The notes under the pieces: generated by a model
What the model was told of the DNA's origin: nothing
Databases searched by the model: none
What the model saw: only the letters and a program-made list of their open reading frames with translations
Assembly: GCA_964640155.1 (NCBI GenBank)
Contig: CAZXEQ010000005.1
Coordinates: 90,001-122,000, forward strand
Origin: an uncultured bacterium
Lineage (GTDB): Bacteria; Auribacterota; JACPWU01
DNA length: 32,000 nucleotides
Reading direction: 5' to 3'
Position numbers and translations under genes: made by a program
Part shown: positions 8,708-16,413 of the stretch, piece after piece
How the letters are laid out: each line of letters opens with the position of its first letter
Numbering within the stretch: position 1 is the first letter of the stretch

Positions 8708-10011
8708 TGTTTCAGCCTTTCCGACATTTGTGCTTCATAACCTGCATTAGATAATTCTAGAAATTTTTTAGCATTGTTCACATAATTCTGTTCAACAAAG
8801 TGCCCATCAAAATCATGGGGATAAAGATAATGAGCTTCTTTCTCATCAGGCCCTTTCACATTTTTCAAATGAGAGGGAACTTCTTCTAACCGTTCGTTCT
8901 TCACTGCTTCCAAAGCTTTATCAATGGCCAAATATGCAGAATTGCTTTTGGGAGCACAAGCCAAATAAATGGTTGTTTGAGCTAATGGAATACGCGCTTC
9001 AGGAAGTCCTACAAACTCAACTGCAGCTAAACAGGAAGTAGCCAAAGTTAATGCTCTGGGGTCGCCATTTCCAATATCTTCACTGGCCAAAATCACCAAA
9101 CGTCTTGCGATAAAAAGAATATCTTCTCCTGCCTGAATCATTTTTGCCAACCAATAAATGGCGGCGTCCGGGTCACTGCCCCGAACACTTTTAATAAAAG
9201 CAGAAATAGTGTCGTAATGTTCATCTTCATCCCAATCATATTTAACTGCTTTTTCTTGCAGCACGCGATTGACATCTACTTTCAAAATAATTCTTTCACC
9301 TTTTTCATTGGGTTGAATCATATGAAAAACTGACTCTAAAATATTTAACGCACGTCGGGCATCTCCTTCACAAAAATTGGCTAAAAAAGAAAGTGCATCT
9401 TCCTGGAAATAAACTTTTTCTTTTCCTAATCCTTTTTCTGAATCTAATAAAGCTCGTTTTAAAATTTTTTCGATATCTAAAGATTTTAAAGAATGGAATC
9501 GAAATACTTGAGATCTTGAAATAAGAGGAGAAACAATAGAGAAAAAAGGATTATGAGTCGTTGCTCCAATGAAACTGATAACACCATTTTCAATATGAGG
9601 TAAAAGCACATCCTGCTGAGCTTTATTAAAACGATGAATTTCATCTACAAACAAAATTGTTTTTCCCCCTCTTTTCAAAAAAAGTTGGGCTTCATCAATG
9701 ACCCGACGAACTTCCGCAACATTCGAAATGACTGCACTTAAAGAAACAAAACGCCGATGCGTTACCTTTGCAATCAAATGAGCCAGGGTTGTTTTCCCCG
9801 TTCCTGGAGGACCATAAAAAATAAGGGAATGAAATTGATCTTGTCGAATCAATTCTTGAAGAAGTTTTCCAGACCCTAAAAGATGCTCTTGACCAAAAAA
9901 TTCTTCTAAAACATGCGGTCTCATCCGAGCAGCCAAAGGCATGGAAGAAGGCTTTGAAGAAGCCTTTTCATCTGAGACCGTAGAAAAAAACTCTCTCTGT
10001 TCCATGGCCAT
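8662..10011 (-). CDS. rarA: Replication-associated recombination protein A (AAA+ ATPase, MgsA/RarA)
   Basis: Walker A reads FYGPPGTGKTTLAHLIA and Walker B reads ILFVDEIHRFNKAQQD. C-terminal MgsA domain includes YDTISAFIKSVRGSDPDAAIYWLAKMI...GEDILFIARRL. Confidence 0.93.
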   Translation of the reverse strand: MAMEQREFFSTVSDEKASSKPSSMPLAARMRPHVLEEFFGQEHLLGSGKLLQELIRQDQFHSLIFYGPPGTGKTTLAHLIAKVTHRRFVSLSAVISNVAEVRRVIDEAQLFLKRGGKTILFVDEIHRFNKAQQDVLLPHIENGVISFIGATTHNPFFSIVSPLISRSQVFRFHSLKSLDIEKILKRALLDSEKGLGKEKVYFQEDALSFLANFCEGDARRALNILESVFHMIQPNEKGERIILKVDVNRVLQEKAVKYDWDEDEHYDTISAFIKSVRGSDPDAAIYWLAKMIQAGEDILFIARRLVILASEDIGNGDPRALTLATSCLAAVEFVGLPEARIPLAQTTIYLACAPKSNSAYLAIDKALEAVKNERLEEVPSHLKNVKGPDEKEAHYLYPHDFDGHFVEQNYVNNAKKFLELSNAGYEAQMSERLKQWRQKTQKKSTEKNS

Positions 10012-10068
10012 GCATTATAGCACTATGAAATAATATTAGGTATTTTCTACTTAATTTCAAATTCTTAA

Positions 10069-11892
10069 TTATTCAATTCCGCTTCTAGTACACCAATGTT
10101 TATAAATAATCACCATCGCCATGGTGTCGAGGGCACAATACTGACGCAAAAGTGTAGTCCATTTTTCATGCGTTTTTAAATCGCCACGATGAAGACCATA
10201 CATCATTTCCTGATACGCACGCATGGCCATGGACCCTTCTTTGATAACTTCCGATTGATCACCTATTTCAATTCTTTCAAGTGAATCATACGGGCTCATC
10301 ACCTGATTTTCTTGCTCTCGGTAGTAGGGTTTTAAATATTCTATCTGATGCAAATAAGGATTATTATTCCATACCGCAGGCAAAACATTTTTGATCGAAA
10401 CACTTCCCTGCATGTCACCTTGATAATAATACTCACGGGCAATTGTACATTGATCCACCAATGATTTACTAATCCATCGAAGCCAATTCATGAGTTCAGA
10501 ATCATGAAGGCCACTTTCTTCTATATATTGAGCGATATCATTGAGGACACTTCGCTCATGATGAGCCCACATGAACGTGGTTCCTTCTCGGCCAATACAC
10601 TCCATTAAAGTTCGTGCAAATTCGATGTTAGGGTAATGGTCCGTAGTATTGATCCAATCTTGATGAACAGGGGCTTCACCCTGTGCATGCACGGTATGAC
10701 AACTCCATTGAAATGCTGCAAGGCCATAAGGTCGCATACCTTTATAGTATGGAAGTGCCATTCGAGATGTTTCAAAATCAATAAAGTGCAATGGATAATT
10801 GTATTTTTGAAGTTCATCCTTCAGTCCAAAACCAATCCACTCATGTTTCTTTTTTGAATATTCGATCTGCCGTTTTTGCCATACTCCCTGTTTTGGACTG
10901 GTGAGCCATTCCATAGGAATGTCATAAAGAGATGATTTTCCTTGGGCAAATAAACTATCCGCCATCTTCTCACCGCTCTGCTTTAAATTCCCCAAATAGC
11001 ATAAATCAAGAAGATGTGGAGAGATCTTGCCTTGCTCCCCCCAACATTCCAGAAATCCATTTTTTTCTTCCTGTTCAACAGGGAGTCGATACTCACAACG
11101 AGCACATTCAGTCGATAGAGAGGCTTGAATTTTTTGGGGACCCTGAATGACTGAGGCCACAAATTCTTTTGCTGAATCTATGATTTCTGGTAATAAAAAT
11201 TCTACTTCCGATTGTACTGGGACTTTGATCAACAAATGATCCTGACGAAGGGCCTCAGTATCTCCTGTAAATTTGACTCGGTAGTTCATGCGACCCGGCG
11301 AAACGGAATCAACATAAAGAACAAACTGTTGTAATAAATTATTGATTTGAGTCTGTTTACTTTTATCACAAAGCATCAAGAAAGGATGAATTTCGCCGTC
11401 AGGATAAGCTCTTTGTAAGACATAAGTCTGATAAGCTACATCTTCAAGATAAGGCTGCCACTCCGTTGCTAATCCAGGTCCACGCTTTTTCCAAAAACAC
11501 TCTATTCCGCCTTCTATATGCTCTTCGTAACTTTCACCGTCAAATGATTTGGCTTTAACTTCGATTAACTCAAACTGTTTTCCATGTTTAATCAATACAT
11601 CTATACGCACCAACATACCATCCACATAAATGGCTGGTTCAAAAAGAACCACATCGTCCCGTTCTAAATATTTTTGCGTTTGAGCAATGGCTTCTTCTTG
11701 GTTGAGAGAGGATATCTCAATCCCTCTAGGGAATAAAATCTGAGCCATTTTACCGACCATAAAACCACCCTCGGCCAGTAACTTGAGGAAGTCGTCTTCT
11801 TGTTTCAAATTTGGGTATTTATTTTTACGATAAAAGAGTTTTGTAGGACATTCCCGTGCAGTTTTAAAATCTGATTTAGATAGATAGTTCAT
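10069..11892 (-). CDS. DUF2779-type two-domain protein: N-terminal Cas4/RecB-like PD-(D/E)xK nuclease with Cys cluster, plus C-terminal DUF2779 (DFE-motif) domain
   Basis: N-terminal ECPTK Cys. D...E-x-K nuclease motif (RIDVLIK...FELIEVKAKS). Cys cluster CARCEY...LECWG. C-terminal YPLHFIDFETSRMALPYYKGMRPYGLAAFQWSCH matches my recollection of the DUF2779 signature. Confidence 0.7.
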   Translation of the reverse strand: MNYLSKSDFKTARECPTKLFYRKNKYPNLKQEDDFLKLLAEGGFMVGKMAQILFPRGIEISSLNQEEAIAQTQKYLERDDVVLFEPAIYVDGMLVRIDVLIKHGKQFELIEVKAKSFDGESYEEHIEGGIECFWKKRGPGLATEWQPYLEDVAYQTYVLQRAYPDGEIHPFLMLCDKSKQTQINNLLQQFVLYVDSVSPGRMNYRVKFTGDTEALRQDHLLIKVPVQSEVEFLLPEIIDSAKEFVASVIQGPQKIQASLSTECARCEYRLPVEQEEKNGFLECWGEQGKISPHLLDLCYLGNLKQSGEKMADSLFAQGKSSLYDIPMEWLTSPKQGVWQKRQIEYSKKKHEWIGFGLKDELQKYNYPLHFIDFETSRMALPYYKGMRPYGLAAFQWSCHTVHAQGEAPVHQDWINTTDHYPNIEFARTLMECIGREGTTFMWAHHERSVLNDIAQYIEESGLHDSELMNWLRWISKSLVDQCTIAREYYYQGDMQGSVSIKNVLPAVWNNNPYLHQIEYLKPYYREQENQVMSPYDSLERIEIGDQSEVIKEGSMAMRAYQEMMYGLHRGDLKTHEKWTTLLRQYCALDTMAMVIIYKHWCTRSGIE

Positions 11893-11928
11893 GAGTAATA
11901 TCCATCAGAAAGAAAAAAGATTTGAACA

Positions 11929-12474
11929 TCATTTTTTCGATTTTTTTCCAGGCTTGATACTTTTAGCCTTTGAAGACATATTTGCTAAAGCTGCAACCTG
12001 CCCAGAATTTTGTTGATGAAGAGGCACTCGAGATTCAACCGTTGTTGGTCCTCGATAATCGGCTTTGCGTTTAGCGAAACATTCTTTACAATAAATAGGT
12101 CGCTCACCCGTAGGCTTAAAAGGAACTTCACAACCTTTACGACAATCTGCACATATTGCTTTATACATGACTCGTTCATGTCGATTGTTATTTTGCTGAG
12201 AAACATGATTTTGATTTGAATTTTGATAGGGAGGACGATGTCCTTGACTGCCATGGGATGATTCGGACCGTTGAACATTTTGTGCAGAAGACATCATTCC
12301 TGAAAATCCAGTCGATATCTGCCGAATCACTTGCTCCGTTTTCTTCTCTAATCCCTCTAACCGCTCAGCAATTTTCGCCATCGCAGAAACCAAATCCAAA
12401 AGTCCTTGCTGTTCAAGTGCAGAACTCTTCGTTGATTTTTTTGAAGTCTTTGCTTTTACTTTAACTTTTTTCAT
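11929..12474 (-). CDS. Lys-rich protein with a C-terminal CxxC-x17-CxxC zinc ribbon
   Basis: CADC-RKGCEVPFKPTGERPIYC-KEC has exactly 17 residues between the two CxxC pairs. Basic N- and C-termini and a Q/N/S-rich middle. No Shine-Dalgarno upstream, so the start is uncertain. Confidence 0.6.
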   Translation of the reverse strand: MKKVKVKAKTSKKSTKSSALEQQGLLDLVSAMAKIAERLEGLEKKTEQVIRQISTGFSGMMSSAQNVQRSESSHGSQGHRPPYQNSNQNHVSQQNNNRHERVMYKAICADCRKGCEVPFKPTGERPIYCKECFAKRKADYRGPTTVESRVPLHQQNSGQVAALANMSSKAKSIKPGKKSKK

Positions 12475-12490
12475 AGGATGAAGAGGTTTA

Positions 12491-12538
12491 GGAGCCTGTC
12501 AGAATATCTTGCAAAAAAATAATATTCCAACAGGCTCC
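12491..12538 (-). other. 17-bp RNA hairpin specific to the minus (transcribed) strand
   Basis: Minus strand: GGAGCCUGUUGGAAUAU - 14-nt loop - AUAUUCUGACAGGCUCC. All 17 positions pair, two of them as G-U. On the plus strand those two positions are C-A mismatches. No U-tract follows. Confidence 0.55.
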
Positions 12539-12597
12539 AGAAAATGAGAATACGTTACAGGTTTAATATAGTCAACCAGTCTTTCATCACAATAATG

Positions 12598-13359
12598 CTA
12601 CTGATACTTAGCCACAAGCTGGTCGATTGTGCCATCCTCTTTATACTTTTTGATCAATCGATTCACATCTGACAAATATTGCGCGAACGGTGACTGTTTA
12701 GAGATCGTAATGTAGAAATCCTGCTCTGAAATAAATTTAGGTAAATGTGTTATTTGTGTGAGCTGGTTTTTCTTGATTTCTAAATTCCCAGCATACAGCG
12801 AATTAATAAAATAATCAGCCTTGTGCTGGGCAATCAGATCAAAGGCTTCTTCACAGGTTTGCACTCGGCGCAAGTTCAAACGGGCAGTACTGTAATCATC
12901 GAACTCTTGTCCATAGCTGTCACCTATCATACCCACCCCTGATTTTCCAACCAAATCCGATAAGTTTTTAAAGTCGAAGGTTTTATCCGTCGCCACGAAC
13001 ACCGCAAGAGGATCCGTCGTGTAAGGATCAGAATACATCATGTATTCTTCTCTTTCCTTTACCTTATAAGCAGCAACAATGACATCTATTTGCCCGGCCT
13101 TTGCCTTGTTCAAAACATCTTCCCATACTCCGACATAAGGGGTTTGAACTTTAATCCCTAGATCACCAAATATTTTTCTTATCAATTCTGGCCCAGCCCC
13201 AGTAACAACTTCCCCCTCTTTGAACATCACAGGCGGCCACTGCGGATGCCCGGATGCAATCAATTCCCTATCCGGTTTACTTTCTTCCTTGCACATCACC
13301 CCTTTTGTCACGCCAAACAACATACATACCATCAGCCCGATCATTGCAAATTTACGCAT
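12598..13359 (-). CDS. Periplasmic solute-binding protein, family 3 (amino-acid-type), no cognate permease or ATPase nearby
   Basis: Signal peptide MRKFAMIGLMVCMLFGVTKG. SBP_bac_3-like core includes GQIDVIVAAYKVKEREEY. I trimmed the start to Met19 of the track ORF, which removes the overlap with eutBC. Confidence 0.8.
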   Translation of the reverse strand: MRKFAMIGLMVCMLFGVTKGVMCKEESKPDRELIASGHPQWPPVMFKEGEVVTGAGPELIRKIFGDLGIKVQTPYVGVWEDVLNKAKAGQIDVIVAAYKVKEREEYMMYSDPYTTDPLAVFVATDKTFDFKNLSDLVGKSGVGMIGDSYGQEFDDYSTARLNLRRVQTCEEAFDLIAQHKADYFINSLYAGNLEIKKNQLTQITHLPKFISEQDFYITISKQSPFAQYLSDVNRLIKKYKEDGTIDQLVAKYQ

Positions 13360-13390
13360 GAGATTTTTCTCCTTAAGAAAAATAATAAGG

Positions 13391-15496
13391 TTAATTTCTT
13401 TTTCCACGCACAAGTTCTACCCCGGAACAGCAGTCCTGCATGATCCTCTTCACACATTCGACTATCTCTATAACTGCAACCTCAGGCAGCTTTCCTTTAC
13501 GATGTATCCCGCAAACAGCCGTTGTAAGCGAGTGATCCAAATCTGGACTCCAGCGGGACTTTCCAAACCTGTCACGCCCAAATGTCAAATAAGCAGAAAG
13601 CGTATTTAATCCCGTTCCCGGCCGCTCTCCAATCAGATGAATCACAATATCTACATCCAATAATGCTCCAATGTGATATCCCGCCCTGACACGCCCATTC
13701 TCTACTACAATATCACGATCTCCGACATAGAGCCCCGTCTCGGAAAGTTGTTTTCCTAAGAGAGGTCGCAAATCATGCAAATTTTCATTGATGGCATTCG
13801 CATTCAATCCATCAGAAATCACCAGTTGTACCTGAGGCTTTCGCGTTTGATAGAGCTCCAATATTTTTTTTGTGTCTTCATCACAAATGAGTTCACCCGA
13901 AGAAGGATGAGCTAGATAGTCATCACGATTAATTGAATTTGTTCGAACACGTAAATTCTTCTTTGCTACGTCATGGATAATGGAATCATCCAACACTGCA
14001 TAAAGAGCGCGACACGCATTCTTATAAATTGCATCCATTCTTTTTCGAACAACGGGAGGAGAATCTTGAGTCCCATCTCCAAAACCAAGATCAAACCCTC
14101 GCTCTTGAATAGCACTTAATTTCCTCAACCCTTCATCACGTAATAACTCGACTGAGCGCTTATCTCCACCTGCTCTGCGATATAAAGCATAAAGCGATTC
14201 AGTCTCCGGTCTATTATCTGCCAGATCACCATTTGCTTTCGTAATTCCAAGTGCCATCATTCTATTCTGCATGGCTGTTGAGATTTTTTGTCCTGTTCTC
14301 TTGCGTAAACGTGGATGTTCTCGAAAAGAGGTTGTCATATAACCCAACATAGGATCTGCATTGCCAGCAACAGCCATCAAGTATGCGGGAGCAGCTTTTT
14401 CAACAATCTGCGCTGTCAACTTTTCAAGAGCTTCAGGATCTATACCCATATGAAATGTAGCGCAAACATCTAGCCCCATCGTAATACCATGTAATTTGGC
14501 CATCACACTATCTTCCAAGCAAGCCCTCAAAAGTTGATCTGGCATTTTAAAAACTTCTGGCCCGATAAATCCCGCCACATCATTGACAATCATCCAACGT
14601 CCTGTCTGAGCACAAATCCAACGGGCTAGCCCATAATTTCGAGCTTCAAGTGTCACCATATCCACACCCTGTGCAGCACCATTCGTTACAGCGGAACCTT
14701 GTCCCGTCTCAAAGTAAAGACCTTCAAATCCCCGTGCCAAATCCAACAGTCCATCCGCATCAAGGCCCACCATTCCTTCTAGCGCCATCGATGTCCCCGC
14801 AAGGCTCTGAAAACCCACATCGATACGTGTGCGTTCACGAGCCCGCGTCTGTTTCACAATATCTGATAGCACGCAAAAACGCGAGGGCAATTCTAGACGC
14901 TCGACCACATTCTTCAAAAGCTTCTCCAAACGAACAATGGTATCTACATCATCACTTGCCGGATTGAGCCCCAAAATCACATCGCCACAACCATAGGTTA
15001 AACCTTCAAGAATTGAAAACAAGATCTCTTCTTCTTCATCGCCAGGACTGTTCGGCTGTATTCGCGAACCAAAATGATGCTCACAGCCAATCGTGATTCC
15101 CTTTCCAGAAATGGGATTAAAAATTGATTGGGCAACCAAAGAAAGTTCATCATTTGTCATCACCTTTACGACGGCGGCAATGACTTCACTCTTGAGTCCA
15201 TTCACATACTGGTGAGCCCATGCTGAACCTCCAGGTCCAAGTAAAATCGACTTAAGTTGGAAAATAGTGAGATCGGAAATTTCAGAAAAAAGTTTACGAT
15301 CCAGAGATTGGTCGAGGGCTTCACTGACCCCATCTTCTACAAATGAGGTTTTAGATATCTCTCGGATGGATAAACCAGACAGCACTAAACGAGCATCTTT
15401 TCGCACCAGCTCATCCTTTGTCCCACCTACAAGCAGATCTCCTTCTTTGAATTCATTGGCAAGAGCGAAAAGTTTCAAGAGTTCCTGTTGATTCAT
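13391..15496 (-). CDS. eutBC: Ethanolamine ammonia-lyase, fused large (EutB) and small (EutC) subunits
   Basis: N-terminal ~460 aa align with E. coli EutB, e.g. YFETGQGSAVTNGAAQGVDMVTLEARNYGLAR...VAGFIGPEVF...LEDSVMAKLHGITMGLD. C-terminal ~230 aa align with EutC, e.g. QLVISDGLNANAI...IHLIGERPGTGLNTLSAYLTFG...CGIHRKGKLPEVAV. One uninterrupted 701-codon frame. Confidence 0.9.
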   Translation of the reverse strand: MNQQELLKLFALANEFKEGDLLVGGTKDELVRKDARLVLSGLSIREISKTSFVEDGVSEALDQSLDRKLFSEISDLTIFQLKSILLGPGGSAWAHQYVNGLKSEVIAAVVKVMTNDELSLVAQSIFNPISGKGITIGCEHHFGSRIQPNSPGDEEEEILFSILEGLTYGCGDVILGLNPASDDVDTIVRLEKLLKNVVERLELPSRFCVLSDIVKQTRARERTRIDVGFQSLAGTSMALEGMVGLDADGLLDLARGFEGLYFETGQGSAVTNGAAQGVDMVTLEARNYGLARWICAQTGRWMIVNDVAGFIGPEVFKMPDQLLRACLEDSVMAKLHGITMGLDVCATFHMGIDPEALEKLTAQIVEKAAPAYLMAVAGNADPMLGYMTTSFREHPRLRKRTGQKISTAMQNRMMALGITKANGDLADNRPETESLYALYRRAGGDKRSVELLRDEGLRKLSAIQERGFDLGFGDGTQDSPPVVRKRMDAIYKNACRALYAVLDDSIIHDVAKKNLRVRTNSINRDDYLAHPSSGELICDEDTKKILELYQTRKPQVQLVISDGLNANAINENLHDLRPLLGKQLSETGLYVGDRDIVVENGRVRAGYHIGALLDVDIVIHLIGERPGTGLNTLSAYLTFGRDRFGKSRWSPDLDHSLTTAVCGIHRKGKLPEVAVIEIVECVKRIMQDCCSGVELVRGKRN

Positions 15497-15499
15497 AGA

Positions 15500-15599
15500 A
15501 TAGATCTATCCAATATAAATGAGGGTGACATTTGGCGGGGAGCCCCACCGCGCGCAACTTTTAGTGAGCACGATGGGGCTGACAAATGGCAGGCCCCGC
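15500..15599 (-). promoter_or_regulatory. GC-rich structured 5' leader of eutBC plus a 10-bp palindrome next to the start codon
   Basis: Minus-strand RNA: GCGGGG - 13-nt bulge - 13-bp helix AGCCCCAUCGUGC/GCGCGGUGGGGCU - CCCCGC. The helix has two U-G wobbles that become A-C mismatches on the plus strand. ATAGATCTAT at 15500-15509 lies 3 nt from the ATG. Confidence 0.45.
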
Positions 15600-15640
15600 T
15601 ACTTTTTAAAAGGCCACACTTTATATGCAGCATCAAAAAA

Positions 15641-16204
15641 TCACATCTTTTTAATAAGCCTATTCAATGGCTCTGTTGAATCTGTCAAAATGCGCGCCTG
15701 AACTGCCCCTAAAGCTGGTAATTTTGTCGTATTGAGAAGACCTATTTGAGCAAGCACCGAAGCTTGATCCCAATAAATATGTTCGGATTCAATCAAATTA
15801 TCTCGAACGCAAACAATAGCTATCAGAGGAATCTCCACATGTTTTCCTGTGGGTGGAATACCTGGCAGAATCCATGGCATTTCTATGTCATGGGTAAAGG
15901 AGAAAATCATTTCATCCACCACACGATCTGTGCCGACCGTACGGGAAAGAAGCGTAATCTTTACATCATTGGGACAGTGACCGACAAAACAATTTGTATA
16001 AAAACTTTTGACCTTATCGAATCCTCGCCCACCGATGCCCACAGAAACGTTGATCACATGAGGATTTTTCACCATCGTCTTCATCGTGGCATCAACATCT
16101 TTATCAACAAACTCATAGTCGGTATGCGCTTGCCACAATTTTAACATCTTTGAAATAGGATCGGATTCACTGACTTGAGGTTTATTATCTTTAGGAAGGG
16201 TCAT
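15641..16204 (-). CDS. SnoaL-like / NTF2-fold protein (ester-cyclase-like family)
   Basis: GIPPTGKHVEIPLIAIVCVRDNLIESEHIYWDQASVLAQIGLL resembles the conserved C-terminal pattern of SnoaL-like ester cyclases (G-x-PPTGK ... D-x3-L-x-QLG). AAGGAGG Shine-Dalgarno upstream. Confidence 0.6.
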   Translation of the reverse strand: MTLPKDNKPQVSESDPISKMLKLWQAHTDYEFVDKDVDATMKTMVKNPHVINVSVGIGGRGFDKVKSFYTNCFVGHCPNDVKITLLSRTVGTDRVVDEMIFSFTHDIEMPWILPGIPPTGKHVEIPLIAIVCVRDNLIESEHIYWDQASVLAQIGLLNTTKLPALGAVQARILTDSTEPLNRLIKKM

Positions 16205-16283
16205 TCTTAAGCCTCCTTATCACGAGCAAAATCTGAAAAAGAAAGGAAAAGACATTTCTACAGCAACTGCTGAAGCACTTCAA

Positions 16284-16289
16284 ATTATA
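16284..16289 (-). promoter_or_regulatory. Candidate -10 box (TATAAT on the minus strand) for the SnoaL-like gene
   Basis: Perfect TATAAT ~75 nt upstream of the start and downstream of the terminator hairpin. No convincing -35. Confidence 0.3.
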
Positions 16290-16311
16290 CTAGAAATTTT
16301 TATTGATTACT

Positions 16312-16399
16312 AGCGGCAAAAGCCACGGACCTGAGTCCGTGGCTACCTTTTCCGCAGTACTTTTCCGGGGGATATGCCCCGGACTGGAGGAGACCCGCT
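16312..16399 (-). other. GC-rich multi-hairpin element enclosing the terminator (possible structured RNA)
   Basis: AGCGG (16395-16399 read on the minus strand) can pair with CCGCU (16312-16316). This closes a junction holding hairpin CCGGGG-CAUAUC-CCCCGG and the terminator hairpin. Strongly GC-rich against A/T-rich flanks. Confidence 0.3.
16317..16343 (-). terminator. Rho-independent terminator downstream of the cytosine deaminase gene
   Basis: Minus strand: GCCACGGAC-UCAG-GUCCGUGGC (9-bp GC-rich stem) followed by UUUUG. Confidence 0.6.
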
Positions 16400-16413
16400 C
16401 AAGTTAAAAAAAT

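Noticed and set aside
8708-8800. 6S RNA (ssrS) upstream of the 5-formyl-THF cyclo-ligase gene, as in E. coli
   Set aside because: The upstream sequence is rarA coding sequence that overlaps the cyclo-ligase start, so there is no intergenic space.
15497-15640. Cobalamin (AdoCbl) riboswitch upstream of eutBC; also sought in 21349-21611 upstream of metH
   Set aside because: On either strand I could find neither the conserved core (GGGAA / GCCACUG-type elements) nor a properly placed B12 box. GGCCUGCC resembles only the end of the box and sits at the wrong end of the element. This needs an Infernal scan to be definitive.
16312-16399. Known riboswitch classes (purine, guanidine-I/II/III, c-di-GMP-I, TPP, fluoride, ZTP) for the GC-rich element
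   Set aside because: None of the conserved cores I remember for these classes is present. GGCAAAAGCC on the plus strand only superficially resembles the GEMM ACGCAAAGCC, and no gene lies downstream on that strand.
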